A stretch of 64,000 bases of DNA from Candidatus Latescibacterota bacterium (GTDB taxonomy: Bacteria; Latescibacterota; UBA2968; UBA8231), in contig OZ252098.1 in assembly GCA_965248355.1 (NCBI GenBank), positions 1,696,001 to 1,760,000 of the forward strand, given 5' to 3'. Shown piece after piece: positions 51,009 to 60,360 of this stretch. Under the pieces are notes generated by a model that made no database searches, was not told where the DNA came from, and saw only the letters and a list, made by a program, of their open reading frames with translations. Position numbers and translations under genes: made by a program. Each line of letters starts with the position of its first letter. Position 1 is the first letter of the stretch.

Positions 51009-51234
51009 GGTCCCCCTCCCGGCTCGAGCCTACTGGGAAGTGAACTTCCACCCCCGCGCGCCCCGGGGCAACCCGTTCCTCGGGATTGATCCTCGCCGAA
51101 GAGGCGGCGTGCCCTCGTCGCCCAAACGGGCGCCCGCCGGGTAGGTCGAAGGTTCGGAATGGTGGAGCGGGTGTCCGGCCCACCATCGAGAGGACGATGG
51201 TCAGCCCCGGGGCTTGCGCAGGGGGTTGGGGGCC

Positions 51235-52071
51235 TCAGCGCCGGCCGGAACCCTGGTTGAATTTTGGACGGCGACCGTAGGTGATCTCCTGACGGCTGGC
51301 TGCTTCGCCGTTGCCCCGAACCGGGAGCGGCAACACGGGCGCCTCCCGGCGGGGGCTCGGGGCGCTTTCCTGCGGCGCCCCGTCGGCGGGAGCTTGCTCC
51401 GAGGGCCGCTGTCCCTGGCCTTGAGCGCCGCCACCCCGCTCCCCCCTGCCCCGGGAATCCCGTCCGCGCCGGCCTCGCCGGCCTCCTCCCCGGGACTCAC
51501 GCTCCCCGTCGGCGGCGGGCGGAGCCTGGATCTCGACGACCTCTCCGACAAACTCGGGGGCGATGGTCTGCCGCGTCAGGACGACCTCCCCGCGGTCCCA
51601 GAACTCCACCTCGGCCTCGGTCGCAGCAGCCTCCGCGTAGACCTCGACGATGCAGGGGTCGTCCACGGCTCCGGAGCGGGACTCGGCGATCTCACGGGTC
51701 GGTGACAGGTGCAGATAGGAACGGTCCTCCGAGTGGAGGCCCTCCTCCTTCATGCGCCGCACCTGCGCGGCGGAGACGCACAGAAACAGGCTCTCGGGGG
51801 GGTCCATGGGCTCGCCGTCCATCTCCACGAAGAAGGTATGGCCGTAAAGCGCCCGGATGCGGTCGCCGACGATCTCGAAGCGTCGCTGGCGGGAGGTCTC
51901 GATGAGGTCGCGGATATCCTCCTCTTCGACGGCGGAATAGCGCTGTTGCACCGCTTCCACCACCTCGTCGAGAGGCATGTATCCGTACTCATCCATGTTC
52001 AGGCCGAACTCGTCGGGATGGTGGCGGAGGATGAGGGAGAGGAGCTTGGAGATGCGTCTGCGATCAGGCAC
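51235..52071 (-). CDS. kptA: RNA 2'-phosphotransferase (KptA/Tpt1) with disordered C-terminal tail
   Basis: ISKLLSLILRH.P, RRF, IRA.YGH and R.YLHLS motifs; GTG start after AAAGGA. Confidence 0.82.
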   Translation of the reverse strand: MPDRRRISKLLSLILRHHPDEFGLNMDEYGYMPLDEVVEAVQQRYSAVEEEDIRDLIETSRQRRFEIVGDRIRALYGHTFFVEMDGEPMDPPESLFLCVSAAQVRRMKEEGLHSEDRSYLHLSPTREIAESRSGAVDDPCIVEVYAEAAATEAEVEFWDRGEVVLTRQTIAPEFVGEVVEIQAPPAADGERESRGGGRRGRRGRDSRGRGERGGGAQGQGQRPSEQAPADGAPQESAPSPRREAPVLPLPVRGNGEAASRQEITYGRRPKFNQGSGRR

Positions 52072-52139
52072 GGGGCATGCGTTCCTTTCGGTTGTGTTGC
52101 TCGAACCGGTGGCCGCGCCTCCGGGGGCGGCACGGCCCA

Positions 52140-52592
52140 TCACGACTTCCACTGCTCCCGGTAGCGGTCCAGGGCGGCGGCGACCGCCTCGTCGTCGAGA
52201 GCCAGGATCCGAGCCGCCAGGAGAGCGGCGTTTCGGGCGTTGTCGATACCGACCGTGGCCACGGGCACCCCAGGCGGCATCTGCACGATGCTGTACAGGG
52301 CATCGACACCGTTCAGGGCCCCGGAAGCGATGGGAACGCCCACCACGGGCAGCGCCGTGTGGGCCGCCACCACACCTGGGAGAGCCGCCGCCATGCCGGC
52401 GCCGGCGATCAGCACCTTCAGACCTCGGCCGGCCGCGTCCCGGGCCCAGGCGGCGGTGCGCTCCGGGTTGCGGTGGGCGGAACTGACCACGGTCTCCGAA
52501 CCGATGCCGAGCTCCTCGAGCAGGTCGCTGGCCTTGGCCATAGTGGGCTCATCCGAGCGGCTTCCCATGATAATGCCGACACGCAAGTCCAT
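52140..52592 (-). CDS. purE: N5-carboxyaminoimidazole ribonucleotide mutase
   Basis: IMGSRSD, SAHR and QMPPGVPVATV motifs. Confidence 0.95.
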   Translation of the reverse strand: MDLRVGIIMGSRSDEPTMAKASDLLEELGIGSETVVSSAHRNPERTAAWARDAAGRGLKVLIAGAGMAAALPGVVAAHTALPVVGVPIASGALNGVDALYSIVQMPPGVPVATVGIDNARNAALLAARILALDDEAVAAALDRYREQWKS

Positions 52593-52649
52593 CCCGCGGT
52601 TTGCCCCTGGCTGCGGTAAGCTCACACTGGTCAAGGAGTTATCACGCCC

Positions 52650-52678
52650 ATAATAATTCCCGCGCCCGGGGGGCGCAA
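52650..52678 (-). promoter_or_regulatory. Putative sigma70 promoter for purE
   Basis: TTGCGC-17bp-TATTAT on the minus strand. Confidence 0.45.
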
Positions 52679-52696
52679 ACGCTCCCGAAGATCCTC

Positions 52697-53821
52697 TCAG
52701 GCCATCCTGCGGCGCAGCACCGCCGGGTAGTCGAGGTTGCCCCACTCCGAAGGTCCGGCCTCCGGCTCGGGAGCCGCCTCGGGCTGCTGAGGACCGGAAC
52801 CGCGCTGCGGGCGGCGTTGCTGCGGGACCGGGGTCGGCTCGACGGTCTCGAATTGCCCTCGCTGGTTCAGATGGAAGCCCGTGGCGATCACGGTGACCCG
52901 CATCTCGTCCTCGACCGACTCGTCGATGACGGTCCCGAAGATGATGTTGGCCTCGCTCCCGGCCGCCTCCTGGATGATCTGCGCCGCCTCGTTGGCCTCG
53001 AAGAGGGTCAGGTTCGAGCCGGCGGAGATGTTGATCAGCGCTCCCCGGGCGCCGTTGATGGAGATCTCGCCGATGAGGGGACTCTTGATCGCCTTCTTGG
53101 CCGCCTCCACCGCCCGATTCTCCCCTTGGTGGGCCCCGACGGCGATGATGGCATCACCGCCCTCGGTGATGACCGTCTTCACATCGTTGAAGTCGAGGTT
53201 GATCATGCCGGGGATGGTGATCAGGTCGGCGATGCCCCGAGTGGCCTGCAGCAGCACCTCGTCGGCCTTGCTGAAGGCTTCCTCCAGGGTCGTGTCCCGG
53301 GAGCAGATCGACAACAGACGCTCGTTCTTGATCACGATCAGCGTGTCCACGTGCTCCTGGAGCTCGGCGATGCCCGCCTGGGCGTTGCGCATGCGGGGCA
53401 GCCCCTCGAAGTGGAAGGGCTCGGTCACGATGCCCACGGTGAGGGCCCCCTGCTCCTTGGCGATCTGGGCGGCTACCGGCGCCGCGCCGGTCCCCGTGCC
53501 TCCTCCCATGCCCGCGGTGATGAACACCAGATCCGTGTCCTGCATCCGGTCCGCGACCCGGTCGCGATCCTCCTCGATCGAGGCGCGGCCAATCTCGGGC
53601 TTGGCGCCGGCTCCCAAGCCGCGGGTGACGCTCTCGCCGATGCAGATGCCGACATCCGCCGACGACGCCTCCAGGTCCTGACTGTCCGTGTTGACGGCGA
53701 TGAACTCCACGCCGCGCATGCCCGAGGCTACCATCCGGTTGATGGCATTTCCCCCGGCGCCCCCGACACCGACGACCTTGATGTTCGCACAGCGCTCGAA
53801 GTCGATAATCTCAAAGGTCAT
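52697..53821 (-). CDS. ftsZ: Cell division protein FtsZ
   Basis: GGGTGTG tubulin signature, NLDFND, and C-terminal core LDYPAVLRR. Confidence 0.98.
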   Translation of the reverse strand: MTFEIIDFERCANIKVVGVGGAGGNAINRMVASGMRGVEFIAVNTDSQDLEASSADVGICIGESVTRGLGAGAKPEIGRASIEEDRDRVADRMQDTDLVFITAGMGGGTGTGAAPVAAQIAKEQGALTVGIVTEPFHFEGLPRMRNAQAGIAELQEHVDTLIVIKNERLLSICSRDTTLEEAFSKADEVLLQATRGIADLITIPGMINLDFNDVKTVITEGGDAIIAVGAHQGENRAVEAAKKAIKSPLIGEISINGARGALINISAGSNLTLFEANEAAQIIQEAAGSEANIIFGTVIDESVEDEMRVTVIATGFHLNQRGQFETVEPTPVPQQRRPQRGSGPQQPEAAPEPEAGPSEWGNLDYPAVLRRRMA

Positions 53822-53877
53822 GATCCTGCTCTCCTTCGGTTTTTGGTTTCTCTCTCGGCATCACTGCTCGTGGTGCT

Positions 53878-54771
53878 TCAGGCCCGGCCTTGAGCGGGTC
53901 CTTTCCCCCGGACCGTACGTCTCCGTGGCCGTCCCTTCTCATGCTCCGTGCCGACCACGGCTTGGCCCGCGAACCGCAGATCCACGTAGGAGGGGTTCGG
54001 GAACTCCCGGTACACGCGCTTCAGCACCTCGCGCAGTACCGCCATCCGCTCCCCCACATGCCCCGGTGGGATCCTCACCTCCAGCCCATCGGCCACCAGC
54101 CGCAACCTCATGCTGGACCCGTCGAAATCGGCGACCTCGGAGATTTCCTGGGTCAGATCGGGCGCGTGCTCGGAGGCCTGGCGGAGCCAGGCCAGCAGTC
54201 GCAGGGTGGCGCTGGCGGTCACGGCCTGCCCGGCCCGAACCGTGTCCCCCTCGGCGACCAGGGCGGTCACCCGCAATACCGGCAGGTCGAGATCCTCGAT
54301 GCTCTCGGCCGGCAGGCGCTCCGGAGGCAGCAGGACTCCCTCGCGGTCCAGGCCGTACTGGACTCCGCGCCAGTCCACCCAGGCGAGCCGGCGGCGCTCC
54401 TCGAGATGGACGATCAGCCGGTTCGGGGGCTTGCGCACCACCCGCGCCTCCCTCACCCACACCAGGCGCTCCAGACGGTCCGACAGCCGATCCAGATCGA
54501 CGTCGAACAGGTCCGTGCCCACCTCGATGCCGCTGGCGGCGAGGATCAGTTCGCCGTAGAGCAGACGCAGACCCCGAACTTCGAGGATGTCGATGCCGAA
54601 GGGGGACGAATCCAGAGGCGACGACTGGGCCCTGCGATGGCCGAGGGTCAGGGCCGTCAGCGCCGCCAGGCCCGCCACCAGCAACGGCCGGCGCCACCGG
54701 TGGCCCCTCCCCCTTACGGGCGAGGCCATGCAGGGGACCCTGGCGGGCGGTGCCTTCCTTCGAGGTGCCAT
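53878..54771 (-). CDS. ftsQ: Cell division protein FtsQ/DivIB
   Basis: TM plus POTRA (WV..A.V.R..PN.L...L.ER) and YVDLRF. Confidence 0.85.
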   Translation of the reverse strand: MAPRRKAPPARVPCMASPVRGRGHRWRRPLLVAGLAALTALTLGHRRAQSSPLDSSPFGIDILEVRGLRLLYGELILAASGIEVGTDLFDVDLDRLSDRLERLVWVREARVVRKPPNRLIVHLEERRRLAWVDWRGVQYGLDREGVLLPPERLPAESIEDLDLPVLRVTALVAEGDTVRAGQAVTASATLRLLAWLRQASEHAPDLTQEISEVADFDGSSMRLRLVADGLEVRIPPGHVGERMAVLREVLKRVYREFPNPSYVDLRFAGQAVVGTEHEKGRPRRRTVRGKGPAQGRA

Positions 54772-56180
54772 CAGGCGGCCCCCTGCAGGAGGGCATCGAG
54801 GTGGTCCCCGATGTCACCGGCCCCCATCACCAGGAGCAGATCACCGGCGGCGCACTCCGCCAGAGAGCGGCGCAGGGCGCGGTCCGTCTCGGCCACGAAG
54901 CGGGCCCTGACGTGTCCCCGGCGCCGCAGTTCCTCGACGATGACATCCCCCTCATCCCCCGAGTCCGGGCTCTCCCGGGCCGCGTAGACCGAGGTCACGC
55001 ACACCCGGTGGGCGCCGAGCAGGGACTCGGCAAAGGCCTCGCGGAAGTGGCGCGTGCGGGAGTAGGTGTGGGGCTGGAAGACGGCGCTCACCCGTCTCCC
55101 CGCGGCCAGTGCCGTCGCCACGGCGGCGGAGATCTCGGTTGGGTGGTGGGCATAGTCGTCGACGATGGCAACGCCGGCCATCTCCCCCTTGGACTGGTAC
55201 CGCCGGTCGACCCCGGTGAATCGGCTCAGGGCCAGGGAGACCGGCTCCCAGGCCAGGCCCATCAGATGGGTCGCGGCGATCGCCGCCAGGGCGTTGCTGA
55301 CGTTGTGCCTCCCGGGGATGCCCAGATCGACCGGCCGGCGCTCGCCGTCCAGGTGAACGGCAAAGGCGGATCCCGAACCCGTCGATGCCAGCCCCTCCGC
55401 CCGCACTTCGCAGGCGGGACCGAAGCCGTAGGTCATGGGCGCGTCCACCTCCGAGCGCGCCGCCGCCTCCCGGCAGAGAGGGTCGTCCCCGTTGACGGCG
55501 ACACCGCCGCCGGGCCGGCGGCCGGCGACGAAAGTGCCGAAAGCCTCGACGAGATCGTCGCAACCGGCATAGCAGTCCACGTGCTCCATCTCGATGTTGG
55601 TGATTACGGCGATCCAGGGCTCGAGCTCGTGGAAGGCGCGGTGGTACTCGTCTGCTTCGGCCACGAGCAAGTCGCCGGCCCGGGCCGTCGGTTGCGGACG
55701 CCCTCCCATCCAGCCGCCAATCGCGACCCGGGGCTCCTGTCCTGAGCTCCGCACGGCGTCGGCGATCAGGGAAGCCGTCGTCGTCTTGCCGTGAGTTCCG
55801 GCCACGGCCACCGTGTCGCAGGTGCGGCTCACGGCACCCAGGGCGCGCGCCCTCGACCACTGCTCCATCCCCATGCGAGCCGCGGCCTGGCGCTCGCAGT
55901 TTTCCTCGCCCACCGCCGCGGAGTGGACGAGCAGGTCGGCTCCGGCGACCTGCGCCGCCTCGTGGCCGACGAAAACGGGAACACCCTTCCGCCGCAGATC
56001 GGTGACCGCGGGCCCTTGGGCCGCGTCCGAGCCGCTTACCTGGTAGTCCAGGTCGATCAGCAACCGTGCGAGAGCCTCCATGCCGGCCCCGCCGATACCG
56101 ACCATGTGGACCCGCTTCACCCCTGCGCCCAGGGGTGCGTCGGCGGACCGGGCGCCGCGGTCTCGGGCGGCCGTGCTCAT
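54771..56180 (-). CDS. murC: UDP-N-acetylmuramate--L-alanine ligase
   Basis: GIGGAGM, GTHGKTTT, DDYAHHPTE and FQPH motifs. Confidence 0.95.
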   Translation of the reverse strand: MSTAARDRGARSADAPLGAGVKRVHMVGIGGAGMEALARLLIDLDYQVSGSDAAQGPAVTDLRRKGVPVFVGHEAAQVAGADLLVHSAAVGEENCERQAAARMGMEQWSRARALGAVSRTCDTVAVAGTHGKTTTASLIADAVRSSGQEPRVAIGGWMGGRPQPTARAGDLLVAEADEYHRAFHELEPWIAVITNIEMEHVDCYAGCDDLVEAFGTFVAGRRPGGGVAVNGDDPLCREAAARSEVDAPMTYGFGPACEVRAEGLASTGSGSAFAVHLDGERRPVDLGIPGRHNVSNALAAIAATHLMGLAWEPVSLALSRFTGVDRRYQSKGEMAGVAIVDDYAHHPTEISAAVATALAAGRRVSAVFQPHTYSRTRHFREAFAESLLGAHRVCVTSVYAARESPDSGDEGDVIVEELRRRGHVRARFVAETDRALRRSLAECAAGDLLLVMGAGDIGDHLDALLQGAA

Positions 56181-57421
56181 CGGCTTCCCGCCGGTGCCGG
56201 TGGTTGAGCCCAGGGTCCGTCCGAGCCCGGGGGGTGGGGCCGGGACAGCTGTCCCCGCAGGCGCCAGACGGGGGAGGAGACGGGGACCTTCTCACGGGCC
56301 ACGGCGGCGAGGATCCCGATGCCGCTCAGATTCAGCAGCAGCGACGAGCCTCCGTAGCTGACGAAGGGCAGGGGCAGTCCCGTGGTCGGCATGAGCCCCG
56401 TGGCCACGGCGACGTTGAGCAGGGCGTAGATCCCCACCATCACCGTGATTCCGGAGGCCACCAGGAAGCCGTGAAAGGAGGCGGACCGTGTGGCGATCCG
56501 GTAGCCGTGCACGGACAGGGCCACGAACAGGCAGATGATGCTCAGTGTGCCGAGCAGGCCGAGCTCCTCGCCGGCGAAGGCGAAGACGAAGTCCGTATGT
56601 GGCTCCGGCAGGTAGTGCTTCTGCATGCTGTTTCCGAGACCGACGCCGAACCATCCACCACTTCCGAGGGCCACCAGCGCCTGGTCCACCTGGAACCCGG
56701 CCCCCTGCGGGTCCGCTCCCACGAGGAAGGTGCGCACTCGCTCGAGCTGATAGGGCGAGGAGAGCACCGACCAGGCTGCGACCAGGCCCGCCCCGGAGGC
56801 CACCAAGCAGAGATGGCCGGTGCCCGCCCCGCCAAGCCAGAGGATGACCATCGAGATGGCGCTGATGGCCAGCGCCGTGCCGAGGTCGGGCTGCAGGACG
56901 ATCAGGACCTGAACGACAGAGACCACCGCGAGTCGCGGGGCCAGGCCCAGTTTCCAGTCGCTGATCTCGCCCTGCTTGCGCGCCAGCACATCGGCCAGAT
57001 AGAGGACGAGGACGAGCTTGACCAGCTCCGAAGGCTGGAAGGACAGGGTGGCGAAGGAAGGCAGCCCGAAGGGGAGCCAGCGCTGCGCTCCCCGCCCCTC
57101 GCCAAGGATCAGCACGAGGACGAGGAGGAGGATGCCCACCAGCAGCAGGGGGCGCGCCAGGAGTCGCCACAAGGACAGCGGCACGCGAGAGAGGAGGAGC
57201 ATGATCGTGAGCCCGAAGGCGGCCCTCAGCAGCTGCCGCTGAAGGAAGAAGCCGCTGTTCTCGAAACGCGTGCCAGCCAGGGCAGAGCTCGAGCTGTACA
57301 CCATGACGACGCCGATGCCGACGAGCATCGTGGCGATCAGGAGAACGTGGCGAGCCGCCCGCTGTGAGGCGTCCGGCATACACGAGCCCGCGGCCAGGAC
57401 AGGAGGAGGCGTGGGAATCAC
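56177..57421 (-). CDS. ftsW: SEDS protein FtsW (start uncertain)
   Basis: QPSELVK, QPDLG, LPEPHTDF and PFVSYGGSS motifs. Confidence 0.93.
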   Translation of the reverse strand: MIPTPPPVLAAGSCMPDASQRAARHVLLIATMLVGIGVVMVYSSSSALAGTRFENSGFFLQRQLLRAAFGLTIMLLLSRVPLSLWRLLARPLLLVGILLLVLVLILGEGRGAQRWLPFGLPSFATLSFQPSELVKLVLVLYLADVLARKQGEISDWKLGLAPRLAVVSVVQVLIVLQPDLGTALAISAISMVILWLGGAGTGHLCLVASGAGLVAAWSVLSSPYQLERVRTFLVGADPQGAGFQVDQALVALGSGGWFGVGLGNSMQKHYLPEPHTDFVFAFAGEELGLLGTLSIICLFVALSVHGYRIATRSASFHGFLVASGITVMVGIYALLNVAVATGLMPTTGLPLPFVSYGGSSLLLNLSGIGILAAVAREKVPVSSPVWRLRGQLSRPHPPGSDGPWAQPPAPAGSR

Positions 57422-57526
57422 TCCGCGCCACCGGGGAGGTGGACTCGCCGCCGCACCGGGGGGACGGCGCAGCAGCTCTGCATCGACAGCGCCGCCGGGG
57501 ACGGCGGCGTGAGACGGAGACAGGAT

Positions 57527-58912
57527 TTACAAGGCTTCGACGACCGACTCGAGGGCCATGCCGCGAGAGCCCTTGACGAGGACCAGATCGCCCTCGGAAA
57601 CCTCCTGCTCCAGATGGTGCACCAACTCGTCGCGATCCTCGAAGTGGATAGCCCGGCGCGGGTCCAATCCCGCCTCCCGGGCGCCTCTCACCGTGTGGGC
57701 GCTCAGGGCGCCGGTGCCCAGCAGAACGTCGACCCGTCCGGCGGCGTGCCTCCCGATCCCTTCGTGCAGGGATTCGCCGGCCTCCCCGAGCTCCAGCATG
57801 TCTCCGAGGACGGCGACCCGGCGGCCTCGGACCGGGATGTCCGCGGTCAGGTCGAGGGCCGCCCGGACCGAACCGGGATTGGCGTTGTAACAATCGTTGA
57901 TCACACGCACGCCCCCTTTTTCCAGGATGACCGAACGCATGCGAAGGGGGTGGAATCCCCTCAGCGCGGCGCTGGCTTCCGAGGGGGGTACGCCGCACAT
58001 CCGGGCACAAGCGACGGCCGCCAGGGCGTTGTGCGCATTGTGCCGGCCCGGAATGCGGAGATGGAAGGAATTGTTCTGTAGAGAGAAGTGGCCGCAGCCC
58101 TCCTGGTCGAGGACGAGTCCCTCCCCACTGAAGTGGCTCTCACGCCGCCAACCGAAGCCAAGGAGTCTCCCCTTTGTCCTCTTTGCCTCCCTGGCAATGA
58201 CACAGTCGTCGGCGTTGACGAGAGCCACGCAAGACTCATCCACGATATGATCCAGGAGCTCCCCTTTGGCCTTGGCCACTCTCTCTACAGATCCAAATAC
58301 CCCCGCGTGGGCCGTGCCGATGTTCAGCAGCACCCCGATAGTGGGCTGCACGACCCGGCAAAGGTACGCGATCTCCCCCAGGCGCCTCGCCGCGAGTTCC
58401 ACGACCACCGCCGAGTGTTCCGCCGACAGTCCCAGCAGCGCCCGGGGCACACCGATCTCGTTGTTCTCGTTCTCCGGGGTCTTCAGTACCCGGAACCGCC
58501 GTCCGAGGACCGCGGCGATCATCTCCTTGACCGTCGTCTTGCCGGACGACCCGGTGACGGCGATCACGGGCAGGTCGAATCGACGGCGGTAGTGGCGCGC
58601 CATGCGGCCCAAGGCCAGCAATGGAGAATCCACCGCCAGTAGACAGGCGTTGGCAGCTTGGCCCGTCAGGGACAGACGGCCGGCCCGCCGTCGGTCGACG
58701 ACCGCCACGCTCGCGCCCCTCTCGAAGGCCTCCGCCACGTGGTCGTGACCATCGACGCGCTCGCCCTCCAGGGCCACGAAGACATCTCCGCGCTCCAGGG
58801 TCCGCGTGTCGGTGGAGACGCCCCCGACCGGCCGCCGCCTCAGCGCCGCGTCGCCTTTCCATTCGGCCCTCGTCCAGGCGCGGACCTCCTCGAGTTGAAT
58901 GTCCTGCCACAC
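57527..58912 (-). CDS. murF: UDP-MurNAc-tripeptide--D-Ala-D-Ala ligase
   Basis: TGSSGKTTVK, NDCYNANP, GDMLELG and KGSRG motifs. Confidence 0.94.
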   Translation of the reverse strand: MWQDIQLEEVRAWTRAEWKGDAALRRRPVGGVSTDTRTLERGDVFVALEGERVDGHDHVAEAFERGASVAVVDRRRAGRLSLTGQAANACLLAVDSPLLALGRMARHYRRRFDLPVIAVTGSSGKTTVKEMIAAVLGRRFRVLKTPENENNEIGVPRALLGLSAEHSAVVVELAARRLGEIAYLCRVVQPTIGVLLNIGTAHAGVFGSVERVAKAKGELLDHIVDESCVALVNADDCVIAREAKRTKGRLLGFGWRRESHFSGEGLVLDQEGCGHFSLQNNSFHLRIPGRHNAHNALAAVACARMCGVPPSEASAALRGFHPLRMRSVILEKGGVRVINDCYNANPGSVRAALDLTADIPVRGRRVAVLGDMLELGEAGESLHEGIGRHAAGRVDVLLGTGALSAHTVRGAREAGLDPRRAIHFEDRDELVHHLEQEVSEGDLVLVKGSRGMALESVVEAL

Positions 58913-60360
58913 TATCCGCGAAGCACCTGCCGCACCACTCGGCGGTCATCGAAGTCCGTGGGGCCCTCGGCCAGGATCTGGTACGGTTCATCCCCCTTGC
59001 CCGCCACCACGACCACGTCCCCTTCGCCGGCCTCTTGCAGAGCCGCCTCGATAGCAGCTCTCCGGTCGGTGCAAACCACGGCCGAGCCCGCGTTACGCAT
59101 GCCGGCGGCGATCTCGTCGATGATCTCCTCGGGAGACTCGCTCCGCGGATTGTCGGAGGTGAGGAAGACGAGATCCGCCAAGTCCTCGGCCACCCGCCCC
59201 ATGAGCGGCCGCTTGCCCCTGTCGCGATCCCCGCCGCAGCCAAAGAGGCACAGAAGTCTTCCCCGCGTCAACTCCCGCGCCGTGCGCAGCACCGTGTCGA
59301 GACCGGCGGGCGTGTGAGCGTAGTCGACGATGACCTCGAAGGGCTGACCCTCGTCGAGGCGCTCGAAGCGTCCCGGAACCTGGGGCAGGGCCGCGATGCC
59401 CGACCGCACCGCCGCCGCGTCGATCCCCAGGGCTACGCCGACGCAGGCGGCAGCCATCACGTTGGAGCGGTTGAACCGGCCCGTCAACGTGGTTTCCACC
59501 GACCATTCGCCCGCCGCCGTCTCCAACCTCAGAACGCTGGCTCTCCGGCGGGTATGGAACGACGCGAGACGAACGTGCTCGCCCTTCTCCCCGTACGTGA
59601 GCACCCTGGCCGAGGTGCTGGCAGCGACCTCCGCGGCGCGCGGATCGTCGGCGTTCACCACCGCCGCCGCCCGTGGATCGAGGCGCCGGAAGAGACCCGT
59701 CTTGGCCTCCAGGTAGGCTTCCTCGGTGCCGTGAAAGTCGAGATGGTCGCGCGTCAGATTGGTGAACACAGCTACCGAGTAGTCGATCCCGTCCACCCGG
59801 CGGAGCGCCAGGCCGTGGGAGGAGACCTCCATCACCAGGCTGTCGCAGCCGGCGTCGCGGGCCCTGGCCAGCAGGGCCTGAAGCTGATCGGCCTCGGGCG
59901 TGGTGTTGTCGAGGCTCTCCATCTCCTCCCCGAAGGCGAATCCCAACGTGCCGATGTAGCCGCTGCGAGCTCCGGCGGCCTCGAGGACGTGCCGCACCAG
60001 CAGGGCGGTCGTGGACTTCCCGTTCGTCCCGGTGACCCCGACACACCATCGCAGGGATCGAGCCGGATGGCCGTGCAGCCGAGCCGACAGGGCCGGCAGG
60101 ACCTGACGGCAGTCGTCGACCTGGATGCGCGTTTCCGGAAAGTCCTCCTCCGCCTCTTCGACGACCACGGCCGCCGCTCCCCGGGCGACGGCATCGCCGA
60201 TGAAAGCGTGGCGGTCGAGCTCCTGTCCACCCCGGATGGCCACGAACAGAGCGCCAGGACCGGCTTGACGTGAGTCCGAGACGACCGATTCGATCTCCAT
60301 GTCGAGGGACCCGCGTACGTCACGGGGTTGGATCTCGCAGAGCAAGTGACGGAGCTTCAT
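58912..60360 (-). CDS. murE: UDP-MurNAc-dipeptide--meso-DAP ligase
   Basis: GTNGKST, DYAHTP and SDNPR (DAP-type) motifs. Confidence 0.95.
   Translation of the reverse strand: MKLRHLLCEIQPRDVRGSLDMEIESVVSDSRQAGPGALFVAIRGGQELDRHAFIGDAVARGAAAVVVEEAEEDFPETRIQVDDCRQVLPALSARLHGHPARSLRWCVGVTGTNGKSTTALLVRHVLEAAGARSGYIGTLGFAFGEEMESLDNTTPEADQLQALLARARDAGCDSLVMEVSSHGLALRRVDGIDYSVAVFTNLTRDHLDFHGTEEAYLEAKTGLFRRLDPRAAAVVNADDPRAAEVAASTSARVLTYGEKGEHVRLASFHTRRRASVLRLETAAGEWSVETTLTGRFNRSNVMAAACVGVALGIDAAAVRSGIAALPQVPGRFERLDEGQPFEVIVDYAHTPAGLDTVLRTARELTRGRLLCLFGCGGDRDRGKRPLMGRVAEDLADLVFLTSDNPRSESPEEIIDEIAAGMRNAGSAVVCTDRRAAIEAALQEAGEGDVVVVAGKGDEPYQILAEGPTDFDDRRVVRQVLRG

Noticed and set aside
58060..58300. Locally AT-richer patches inside murF (also in rbsK ~7020-7090 and glnE ~47950-48015) as inserted elements
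   Set aside because: Frames stay open and colinear with the expected proteins; at most internal promoters, which I cannot support.
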